Origin: Mizuhopecten yessoensis
Taxonomy: Eukaryota
NCBI RefSeq assembly: GCF_002113885.1
Contig: NW_018404542.1
Location: 300,485 to 364,484 of the forward strand
Direction of reading: 5' to 3'
DNA length: 64,000 nucleotides
Shown here in pieces: positions 48,901 through 60,900 of the stretch. The notes under the pieces were generated by a model that saw only the letters and a list, made by a program, of their open reading frames with translations, ran no database searches and was not told the DNA's origin. The position numbers and the translations under genes were made by a program. Position 1 is the first letter of the stretch; every line of letters begins with the position of its first letter.

Positions 48901-51900
48901 GCCCAGCCATATAAGTATATATGGTGTTAACATGGCGGTAGGAAGGAGCACCGGTCATATAAGTATATGTGGTGTTAACATGGCGGTAGGAGTCTTGTTA
49001 TTCTATCTAGTAAGTATCACTGTAGCAGTCTCTTCTTTTATTTTTTTATATTCATTAGGACTTTTCACCAACTGGTGAAAAAGACCTTTTGTTTTTGTTA
49101 GGTTTCTTATTATTCTTATTCTTCCATACTTTGTGGAGTCTGTATCTTTTAATTGGTAAAAGATAGGATTAAAGTCTTTTAAATATGTTGTAGGCCAAGG
49201 TCTGAACATGTTTCATGAACATTTCCAAGTAGGTCAAAAATCCAATATGGCCGCCATGACGTCATAGGCTATAATCTTTAAAACCGCTATAACTCGAAAA
49301 CTGTTGATTGTACAGAATTTGTGAAATTATATTATTTGTAAATAATTACCATTTATTACAATTTTGCCAGTGAAATATCGGATTCTATCAACTTGTTAGC
49401 GCACTCGTGAAAAATATCAAAATATTAGCCACACTCGTGAAATATTTGTTATTACTGAAGACACCATTAAATATCCTCTATATCTAACTTTTTCTGATGA
49501 CATGTTAATACAAAATATTTCAAATAAACGTGTTTTACTCCAATATCAATGACAAATATTTCGTTTAGCTGTAATTGAAAATGAGATCACGACCTTGTAA
49601 CAATTTTCTGATATTTGCTGTCCATCATGCTTTTTGTGTTTAGGTATTGCTGTATAACATGAGATCTGGACCTTGTAACAATTTTTCTGATATTTGCCGT
49701 CCATTGTGCTTTGTGTTTAGGTATTGCTGTATAACATGAGATCTGGATCTTGTAACAATTTTTCTGATATTTGCCGTCCATTGTTCTTTGTGTTTAGGTA
49801 TTGCTGTATGACATGAGATCTGACAAACCTCTGCTAGTTAAAGACCACCAGTATGAGCTGCCCATCAAGTCTATTGAGTTCCAGGATTCTATGGATTTAG
49901 TGCTGTCCATGGATACAAAGATTCTGAAGCTATGGAACCGGGAAACGGTATATAAGCTACAATTATTTTTACGAAATTTATTTAAAATAACATTTTCTTT
50001 ATTATGGCTTGGATCTTCAAAGTTAAATAAAATGATGTAGTTTTTAAATGTACTGGTCTTTCGACCAAGTTGATTTGAAATACCTGGGTAGTGGGGTTGA
50101 AATGAACTGTTTAAAAAATTATCATATATATACATATCTACACTTAATGGTATTGGCCTTGATGATATAATGTGTTTTAACATAAACAAAGCCTTTTGTC
50201 TGTCCTTTATGTATCTGTTAAGTAATAAAATAATATGCTGTGAACATACATGTAGTAATAACCAAGTTAGCGATACAGATCCTTTGGGCCTCTTGTTCTA
50301 TATTCTTCCCACTTAAACAAAATAGTGAAAATACCCTACAAAGGAAATGCATTATATTAGCAGAAGTGTAGACAAAACTATGCTGTTGTGTTTATAGGGG
50401 AAAGCCTTCACATCTATTGAGCCTGGCACCAACCTGAACGACCTGTGTTTGTTACCGGAGTCTGGTATGCTCTTCATGGCTAACGAGGCTCCAAAGATCC
50501 TCAGCTACTATATTCCTGTAAGTCATGTTTTGGGTAATTTCTTCCTCATTCAACTGTTTTCAAAAAAAAGAAAATTTCAAAACAATATCTTTAAAATTTG
50601 GTTTAGGTTTAGAACAATATATACTGTATAACATGAAATGGTCGTTGTATAAAACATTTGTGGTTTTCGTGGATGCTACAGAACCACAAAAATAAATACA
50701 AGGAATTTAATTGATATATTTGATTTCTCTTTGTTTAAATGCGGAATCCATGACATTTTGTACCACGAAACGATCTAAATGGCTTCAAGCTATGAAAGAA
50801 AATACCCTTGAACATTTCATGTTATACGGTACCTTCATACTGTTCTTTCATATGAGTTGTACTTTTTGTAAAAGTAATGTATCGGAATTAGTTGGCCAGA
50901 TAAACATTAAAACCCACTTATTTGTGACGCTTGAGTATGTTGTAATTAAATCCATTTTCTTTATATGTGCCTGTATTCTGTAATCGCCCTACATACCTTT
51001 TGGTATCTGTACTCAAAGTGAAGCCCCCCACTGATCAGCCCACAAATCTACACCTGACGTCGGCTCGATTACCTTTCTCGTATCAGAACTATGATATATA
51101 AGGAAACTTTCCTTTGTCTCTGCTGTAACTTCCACCCATGGTGTGACTCTTTCCTTCATGCCATCTTAACATTTCTCTGATCCTTCATTTAATCTTTAAC
51201 AGCTTCTGTTTTCAGAAAACATGACAAAAAGTCATTGATTCTGCCAGTGGCTACCAAACCATGATAAAATTGGTGTTTTTATTTTGTTTACCAGACACTG
51301 GGGACTGCACCAAAATGGTGTTCATTTCTCGACAATATGACAGAGGAGTTGGAAGAAAAAACGGCTGACATGGGTAAAGTTATACATTATTATAAAGATC
51401 AATAGAATTGTAATTACCTGCAGGCTCAATAAATACTACTTGTATTTCCTATTGGTAAGTTAGTCCTCTTCGTGCTGGGTTGCACATAAGTCCCGGACAT
51501 GCGGGAATACTGGGTAATGAAAAGGCAGATCGTGCCGCGAAAGCAGCACTATTGCTACCACCTGAAGATTTTAAACTTCATTTTATTGATATTAAACCAC
51601 TAATTACAACTTTTATAAGATCACAGTTGCAAAATAATTTTAATCAGTGCATAGATAACAAGCTACATTCTATTGAAACTGAAATCGGTGAATGGTAACC
51701 TAGCTACAGAGAGAGGCGCCGAGATGAGATTGTCATTGCCTGTCTCTAAATAGGTCATTCATACAGTACCCATTATTATTTACTAAAACGTGATGTTCAG
51801 CCTCAATGCATAACGTGTCGGGAACCACATCTTATAAGATTGTGTTGACCTTCAGTCAACTTGAGAAAATTTCTTTAATAACATTACATGTCTACAATAT

Positions 51901-54900
51901 CCTTGGAAAACATAACTGTCTCTTCAATTTTAGGCTATCTGAAAGCTGTTGGTCTTTTTAAAAAAAATTGAGTCATCATAGCCACTTTCAATATTCAATT
52001 TGACATTTGTCTTTTAACCTTCAAGTTTGTTTGATGTTTTTATTTTGCATTTGTTTTTGTTTTTTCGACCTTTTGTTGGCCCTAATGACCTATCCTGTGT
52101 TGAAGGTCGGTTAAGCATTTAATAATGATAATAATAATGCACATAAGGCCATCACCAGAGTTGTATCCTATGCCGGCTTTGGAAAAAAATAGGATTGGCA
52201 ATTCTTTGTATTTTCATTGTGTTTTTTTTACCTTGATTGTATAAAACTATCCTACCTAATCCAATCCCCACCCCCAACCAACCCTGCAGGTTGTGGAGTG
52301 AGAAAACAACACACCTGCATCATTGAAAGAGGCAACTAATGTGGGAACCCCGTGCTGAATTGTCTTTACATGAAAATGGTTGTGGTCCCGACCATATACC
52401 ATGTAACAAAGTGTATTTTTGGAAATGGAAAAAGACAAATGCACTTGTGCTAAACTAATTGGTTCAGGGGTCCATCCCTGCCCCTGGAGACTTAGTCCCA
52501 TATGTCGATAGCTTGACAGAACCAAAATTGGGCTGTATTATTTTTCATGAGAATATTTTGCCAAGCTTACCTAAGTGTCCTAGTGAGTATAACAGGCCCA
52601 GAGGGCCTGTTATCCCATGAGAGCTATATTACAAATCCATATTCGTGATGTTGGACACTTTGTAGTTTACAATCTCAGAGGTAAAAGTTTGAAACTTTGC
52701 AGGTCACTGTAATCTCAGAGCTGTACATGTTTAACACTTTGTAGGTCACAATCTCAGAGCTGTACATGTTAGACACTTTGTAGGTCACAATCACAGAGAT
52801 ACATGTTTGACACTGTGTAGGTCACAATCTCAGAGATACATGATTGATACTTTGTAGGTCACAATCACAGAGCTGTACATGTTTGACACTTTGTAGGTCA
52901 CTGTAATCTCAGAGCTGTACATGTTTGAAACTTTGTAGGTCACAATCTCAGAGATACATGTTTGATACTTTGTAGGTCACAATCACAGAGCCGTACATGT
53001 TTGACACTTTGTAGGTCACAATCTGAGAGGTACATATTTGACACTTTGTAGGTCACAATCTCAGAGCTCTACATGTTTGACACTTTGTAGGTCACAATCT
53101 CCGAGGTACATGTTTGACACTTTGTAGGTCACTGTAATCTCAGTACTGTACATGTTTGACACTTTGTAGGTCACTGTAATCTCAGTACTGTACATGTTTG
53201 ACACTTTGTAGGTCACTGTAATCTCAGAGCTGTACATGTTTGACACTTCGTAGGTCACAGTCTCAGAGCTGTACATGTTTGACACTTTGTAGGTCACTGT
53301 AATCTCAGAGCTGTACATGTTTGAAACTTTGTAGGTCACAATCTCAGAGATACATGGTTGATACTGTGTAGGTCACAATCTCAGAGCCGTACATGTTAGA
53401 CACTTTGTAGGTCACAATCACAGAGATACATGTTTGACACTGTGTAGGTCACAGTCTCAGAGATACATGATTGATACTTTGTAGGTCAAAATCACAGAGC
53501 TGTACATGTTTGACACTTTGTAGGGCACAATCTGAGAGGTATATGTTTGACACTTTGTAGGTCACAATCTGAGAGGTACATATTTGACACTTTGTAGGTC
53601 ACAATCTCAGAGATGTACATGTTGGACACTTTGTAGGTCACAATCTCAGAGATGTACATGTTGGACACTTTGTAGGTCACAATCTCAGAGGTGTACATGT
53701 TTGACACTTTGTAGGTCACAATCTCAGAGCCGTACATGTTAGACACTTTGTAGGTCACAATCACAGAGATTCCTGTTTGACACTGTGTAGGTCACAATCT
53801 CAGAGATACATGTTAGACACTTTGTAGGTCACAATCACAGAGATACATGTTTGACCCTGTGTAGGTCACAATCTCAGAGATACATGTTGACACTTTGTAG
53901 GTCACAATCTCAGAGCCGTACATGTTAGACACTTTGTAGGTCACAATCACAGAGATTCCTGTTTGACACTGTGTAGGTCACAATCTCAGAGATACATGAT
54001 TGATACTTTGTAGGTCACAATCACAGAGCTGTAAATGTTTGAGACTTTGTAGGTCACAATCTCAGAGCTGTACATGTTGGACACTTTGTAGGTCACAATC
54101 TCAGAGATACATGTTTGATACTGTGTAGGTCACAATCTCAGAGCCGTACATGTTAGACACTTTGTAGGTCACAATCACAGAGATACATGTTTGACCCTGT
54201 GTAGGTCACAATCTCAGAGATACATGTTGACACTTTGTAGGTCACAATCTCAGAGCTGTACATGTTGGACACTTTGTAGGTCACAATCTCAGAGATACAT
54301 GTTTGATACTGTGTAGGTCACAATCTCAGAGCTGTACATGTTTGACACTTTGTAGGTTACAATCTCAGAGCTGTACATGTTTGACACTTTGTAGGACACA
54401 ATCTCAGTGGTACATGTTTGACACTTTGTAGGTCACAATCTCAGAGCTGTACATGTTGGACACTTTGTAGGTCACAATCTCAGAGATACATGTTTGATAC
54501 TGTGTAGGTCACAATCTCAGAGCTGCACATGTTTGACACTTTGTAGGTCACAATCTCAGAGATACATGTTTGAAAATTAAAGGTCACAATCTGAGAGATA
54601 CATGTTTGAAACTTAAAGGTCACAATCTGAGAGGTTAAAATGGCTGGATAATTAGTAGAAGTTTGTATTACTTACATTTTTGTAATTTTTTCAAATGCTT
54701 GTTTGCCTTTAAAAAACGAAATTTATTAAATTCAATGGAAACCTTGATTAAAACCTCAGAAGCTACTTCCTATAGCGATTGATCCTGCATCATGCCTAGT
54801 ATATTCCCTTTGTGTTTGATGTGCATGTAAGATAAGGTTAAAAAAAATAATGAATACTATCGAAGTTTTAATTTATGCACAAGCATTTTACATATCAAAT

Positions 54901-57900
54901 GTGGCACAATGTTTAAAGACCAACTATTCCCTTTGTCGAGCTATGAATAAGTGAACGATTTGTATTGTAACCAGTACAACAGTGTGACAAAATTGTATAT
55001 TTCATGTCACTCGACTCGGGGCATTTCGCCCATTGATATAGAGTGTATTGCACTGTATTGAATAGGATAAATTATTACAATATTTTTCACATGAAAAGCC
55101 GTAAAAACATCCCATTTATTATAGCCAAAATTTACAATTTCTTCTTGATGTGTTACTGTACCAGTGTATGACGACTACAAGTTCGTCACAAGGAAGGTGT
55201 TGGAGGACTTGGGTCTGGCCCATCTTATAGGCTCTACCATGTTGAGGGCGTACATGCATGGCTTCTTCATCGACATTAGGCTCTACCATAGGGTAAGGAC
55301 AGTTAATCCTTAATGTAGGAAACTTTTCCAGATTTAAGTAACTCTTGGTGATTGCTATTTTAATTATCCTTGTTTTTCATTTTGTTTTGTTCATGAAAAA
55401 TGAATTCAAAATATTCATCATCATAACTAAGAAAATTCTTTTGAAAATCTTTAAAAGTTGTGCTCCACACAGTGTGTATGTAAGTTAAGATATCTGTAGA
55501 ATTTCACAGTTTTAGGAGGAACCTTTGAAATATTGTCATTCATTTTCAGGCAAAAGCAATGGTCGAACCATTTGCATATGACGAATATCGAAAGAAAAAG
55601 ATTCGGGAAAAATTAGAGGAGGATCGAGCAAATAGAGTGCGCTCCAAGGTTGGTATTGATTTTAATTACAAGGTCTACTTTGCAAAAACATTATGAAATA
55701 AAAAAGATACATAGGTATACTAAGTGTCACCTCTTACATCCGAACATAACTATACTGTGTGTATATAAATATGTACTAGTGTACCAGTCAATGTTACTGT
55801 ATATATATATATATATATGTACTAGTGTAACAGTCGATGATACACGGTATGTATATATATAAATATGTACTAGGGTAACAGTCAATGTTACTGTATATAT
55901 ATATATATATATGTACTAGTGTAACAGTCGATGATACACTGTATATATATAAATATGTACTAGTGTAACAGTCGATGATACACTGTATGTATATAAATAT
56001 GTACTAGTGTAACAGTCGATAATACACTGTATATATATAAATATGTACTAGTACAACAGTCGATGATACACTGTATATATATAAATATGTACTAGTGTAA
56101 CAGTCGATAATACACTATATGTATAAAAATATGTACTAGTGTAACAGTCATTGATACACTGTATATATATAAATATGTACTAGTGTAACAGTCGATGATA
56201 CACTGTATATATACAAACGTAGCAGAGTCTGGTAACATAGTGACACCACAGTTACTTAACCCTCCGTCTCGGCAGACTGAAGACGCAGGGGAACAAAGTG
56301 TTCCTAGTCTGAATGACAGCTACAGACGATTCACCATGGCTAGAACGATGATGGGGAGTTTCGTGTGTCTACTACCTCACTACCACAATGGGTCCCGCCA
56401 TGTCCTCTAACAGACTTGGGACACACCTATTCGGAATAAGTCTCTGGGCTTCTCAGACGTCAGGATATGCAGATCTGATGACAGTTCACTAAGCCTTGTC
56501 ACCATTAAATTTGCGAATCACATTACAACTATTATTGGTCTAGGTGCCTGTGATTTGAGAAATTGAGCTTTGTAATACACTTAGACCAGCTGTTTGGCGA
56601 GAGCTTCATTAGTTCATAGATGATTGTCTGAGGACAGAAACAAGTCTCTGGCAACAAGAGGTGAGATTGAGTTGTTGAATTGGACTGTTGATCCTCATGG
56701 ACAGGAGAACAGGATGAGTCTATGGTGACATCTTCCCTGAAGAAGACGTTGAATCTAGCATCATTCACAGACACGCTTGTACAATAGTGTAATAAACATA
56801 TCATGATGTACCTGGGTTACTTACTTCACCGACACGTTGGGATCTACTGGTATCATGGGGAGTAATCATAAAACCAAGAACTTCATTACACACTTTAATT
56901 ATGAGTTCAGCAGTGTCAGACTTAGAATATGCCTGAACTCGAGTCGTGCGCCTAGAATACTGTTCCACATCGTCAATCCTGGATTTTAAGGCTTCAGTTT
57001 TCTCAGTAAGACTAGAGATGCCTAGTTGAGATATAGGAGACACTTGGAATAATGAATTACAACGTGACAGCCTCGTTAATAAGTGTCGGATCATGATTAC
57101 TAAATTAGATGATTGCTTGCATGTTTTCAGGAATGTTTGAATCCATTCTTGGAAGTATTAATATATGATATTCAGATAATTTTGAAAATTTTCAACAAGA
57201 GATACATACATGCTATCTCTAACAGGCTGAGCATGAGACGCACAGAAATTACTTCAGAAAAGATCGTCACGATGTGGGACTTGTTTTTCATAGAAACCAA
57301 TAGAAACTGTTTAGGATCTTTTCTTAACATTTTCCTGTTTTAGATTTAAAGGTTGTCTTTAATAAGTTATTATTAAACCATTATCAATCACCTACAAAAA
57401 ATACACTGTAAATAAAAAGGAAAATATCATAGCTTCTGTTTTTTACAATGAAGATGTCTTAATGTGACTTAAATTTTCTTTGCCATAGAAACTACCAAAG
57501 GTCAATAGAGATCTGGCAGAGAAACTTCTGACAGCTAAAGAAGTGATTGCAACCACCTCGACTGGGAAAAAACGGGCAAAAGTAAGTCGACATACATTCA
57601 CTGATATTCATTTTTTTGTGTTGGGAAATTGATATTAGGATTCAGTATACTATTTCCTATACACCTTGTGTGGCCTCAGTATGCTATTTCCTTGACATCT
57701 TGTATGTCCTCAGTATGCTATTTCCTAGACACATTGTGTGGCCTCAGTATGCTATTTCCTTGACATCTTGTATGGCCTACGTATGCTATTTCCTAGAAAT
57801 CTTGTGTGGCTTTTTTATGCTATTTCCTAGGCACCTTGTGTGGCCTTAGTATGCTAGATATTCATTTCTATGTGTTGGGAAATTGATATTAGGATTCAGT

Positions 57901-60900
57901 ATACTATTTCCTAGACACCTTGTGTGACCTCAGTATGCTATTCCCTAGAAATCTTGTGTGGCCTCATTATGCTTTTTCCAAGACACCTTGTGTGGCCTTA
58001 GTATGCTATTTTTTAGACACCTTGTTTGGCCTTAGTATGCTAGATATTCATTTCTATGTGTTGGGAAATTGATATTAGGATTCAGTATACTATTTCCTAG
58101 ACACATTGTGTGGCCTCAGTATGCTATTTCCTTGACATCTTGTATGGCCTCAGTATGCTATTCCCTAGAAATCTTGTGTGGCCTCATTATGCTATTTCCT
58201 AGGCACCTTGTGTGGCCTTACTTTGCTATTTTTTAGACACCTTGTTTGGCCTTAGTATGCTAGATATTCATTTCTATGTGTTGGGAAATTGATATTAGGA
58301 TTCAGTATACTATTTCCTAGACACATTGTGTGGCCTCAGTATGCTATTTCCTTGACATCTTGTATGGCCTCAGTATGCTATTTCCTAGAAATCTTGTGTG
58401 GCTTCATTATGCTATTTCCTATACACCTTTTTGTCCTCAGTATGCTATTTCTTAGACACCTTGTGTGGTTGAAGTATGCTATTTCCTAGACACCTTGTGT
58501 AGCCTCAGTATGCTATTTCCTAGACACCTTGTGTGGCCTCAGTATGCTATTTCCTAGACACCTTGTGTGGTCACAGTATGCAATTTCCTAGGCACCTTGT
58601 GTGGCCTTAGTATGCTATTTTTTAGACCTTCTGTGGCTGCAGTATGCTTTTTCCTAGACACCTTGTGTGGCCTCAGTATGCTATTTCTTAGATACCTTGT
58701 GTGGCTGCAGTATGCTATTTCTTAGACACCTTGTGTGGCCTCAGTATGCTATTTCCTAGACACCTTGTGTGACCTCAGTATGCTATTTCCGAGCCACCTT
58801 GTGTGGACTCAGTATGCTATTTCTTAGACCCCTTGTGTGGCCTAAGTATGCTATTTCCTAGACCCCTTGTGTGGTCACAGGATGCTATTTCCTAGACACC
58901 TTGTGGGGCCTCAATATGCTATTTCCTATAAACCTTTTTGTCCTCAGTATGCTATTGCCTAGACACCTTGTGTGGTCTCAGTATGCTATTTCCTAGCCAC
59001 CTTGTGTGGCCTCAGTATGCTTTTTCCTAGACATCTTGTATGGTCTCAATATGTTATTTCCTAAACACCTAATGTGGCCTCAGTATGCTATTACCTAGAC
59101 ACCTTGTGTTGGCTTGCTTTATTTTGTAAAGCTTTTTATTGACTTTATTTACTTATTCCTGCTTTTTGACTATTGGCTTCATTCCAATTTTGATTTTTGT
59201 ATGATGAGAAAAAAAAGTAACATGTGTTTTTTTTTCTTTTTCAGGAAGCTGTCGGTCTTTTGGAAGATAACCGATTTAGTGAGATGTTCACAAAGACAGA
59301 CTTTCAAATTGATACATCTACTGAGGAGTATCGATTGCTTAATCCAGTTATCTCTAAACTGGACAAAGCAGTCAAGAGAAAACAGCAGAGTCAGCTGACA
59401 AAGCAGTACGAGGAGGTAGAGGTAAGTACATGACATTATCAGGTAGTGGTGAGTACATGACATTATCAGGTAGTGGTGTGTACATGACATTATCAGGTAG
59501 AAGTGAGTACATGACATTATCAGGTAGAGGTGAGTACATGACACTATCAGGTAGAGGTGAGTGATTACATGACATTATCAGGTAGAGGTGAGTACATGAC
59601 ATTATTAGGTAGAAGTGAGTACATGACATTATCAGGTAGAGGTGAGTGAGTACATGACATTATCAGGTAGAGGTAAGTACATGACATTATCAGGTAGAAG
59701 TGAGTACATGACATTATCAGGTAGANNNNNNNNNNNNNNNNNNNNNNNNNNNNNNNNNNNNNNNNNNNNNNNNNNNNNNNNNNNNNNNNNNNNNNNNNNN
59801 NNNNNNNNNNNNNNNNNNNNNNNNNNNNNNNNNNNNNNNNNNNNNNNNNNNNNNNNNNNNNNNNNNNNNNNNNNNNNNNNNNNNNNNNNNNNNNNNNNNN
59901 NNNNNNNNNNNATGACATTATCAGGTAGTGGTGAGTACATGACATTATCAGGTAGAGGTGAGTGCATGACATTATCAGGTAGTGATGAGTACATGACATT
60001 ATCAGGTAGAGGTGAGTACATGACATTATCAGGTAGAGGTGTGAGTACATGACATTATCAGGTAGAAGTGAATACATGACATTATCAGGTAGTGGTGAGT
60101 ACATGACATTATTAGGTAGTGTTGAGTACATGACATTATCAGGTAGTGGTGAGTACATGAAATTATCAGGTAGTGGTGAGTACATGACATTATCAGGGAG
60201 AAGTGAATACATGACATTATCAGGTAGTGGTGAGTGAGTACATGACATTATTAGGTAGAAGTGAGTACATGACATTATCAGGAAGGGGTGAGTACATGAC
60301 ATTATCAGGTAGAAGTGAGTACATGACATTAGGTAGAAGTGAGTACATGACATTATCAGGTAGAGGTGAGTACATGACATTATCAGGTAGAGGTGAGTAC
60401 ATGACATTATCAGGTAGTGGTGAGTGAGTACATGACATTATCAGGTAGAGGTGAGTACATGACATTATCAGGTAGAGGTGAGTACATTACATTATTAGGT
60501 AGTGGTGAGTACAAGACATTATCAGGTAGAAGTACATGACATTATCAGGTAGAGGTGAGTACATGACATTATCAGGTAGTGGTGAGGACAAGACATTATC
60601 AGGTAGAGGTGAATACTTGACATTATCATGTAGTGGTGAGTACATGACATTAACAGGTAGAGGTGAGTACATGACATTATCAGGTAGTGGTGAGTACAAG
60701 ACATTATCAGGTAGAAGTATATGACATTATTAGGTAGAAGTGAGTACATGACATTATCAGGTAGTGGTGAGTACATGACATTATCGGGTAGAGGTGAGTA
60801 CATGACATTATCAGGAAGTGGTGAGTGAGTACATGACATTATCAGATAGAGGTGAGTACATGAAATTATCAGGTAGTGGTGAGTAAATGACATTATCAGG

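Noticed and set aside
47537-49078. 499-aa (+) and 379-aa (-) ORFs with 16-aa periodicity
   Set aside because: By-products of a stop-free 48-bp repeat inside NOL10 intron 9; the + ORF is out of frame with exon 9.
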